DNA of 63,434 bases, the filler included, from Octopus bimaculoides (Eukaryota): NCBI RefSeq assembly GCF_001194135.2. It is 7 parts of 7 records of this genome, joined end to end, with 100 filler letters (N's around TTAATTAATTAA, not from the genome) between each part and the next. Parts side by side here need not be neighbours in the genome. Positions count along the whole stretch, not along the records: positions 60,946 to 63,434 come from NW_026382134.1; 6 more parts are not named here. One strand, written 5' to 3'. The notes under the pieces were generated by a model. That model saw only the letters and a list, made by a program, of their open reading frames with translations, was not told where the DNA came from and ran no database searches. This document shows, in pieces, positions 63,376 to 63,434 of the stretch (its first letter is position 1; each line of letters opens with the position of its first letter). Made by a program: the position numbers and the translations under genes.

Positions 63376-63434
63376 GGCGCAGGATGGCTGTGTGGTAAGT
63401 AGCTTGCTTACCAACCACATTGTTCCAAGTTCAG
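63376..63434 (+). mobile_element. Family D SINE head, cut off by the window end
   Basis: ggcgcaggatggctgtgtggtaagtagcttgcttaccaaccacattgttccaagttcag. Confidence 0.8.

Overview
Repeat-dense animal genomic DNA, most likely an octopus (inferred from the SINE families and the very high load of simple repeats). The window has many N gaps. Six identical artificial joins (44 N + TTAATTAATTAA + 44 N) split it into seven blocks whose adjacency is not guaranteed. Nearly all long entries in the ORF track are artefacts of N runs and microsatellites. The one host coding sequence I recognise is a terminal exon of POMT1 (52277-52460, +). Three unassigned candidate exons are also present. Mobile DNA includes four or five tRNA-derived SINE or SINE-like families (two copies with clear target-site duplications), decayed LINE fragments (RTE, CR1/L2, R4/Dong-type), mariner, Tc1 and Tigger-like remnants, and MITEs. 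Two things stand out. First, several hammerhead ribozyme motifs: one type I hammerhead with a fully intact core in a long hairpin (1201-1319, -), a near-intact one (12585-12640, +), and two Penelope-type minimal variants that share an unusual A6U core change. Second, an 8.2-kb WCGW-periodic complex satellite (24275-32486) with a variable higher-order unit of about 540-975 bp, nested inverted repeats and a whole-array orientation flip.
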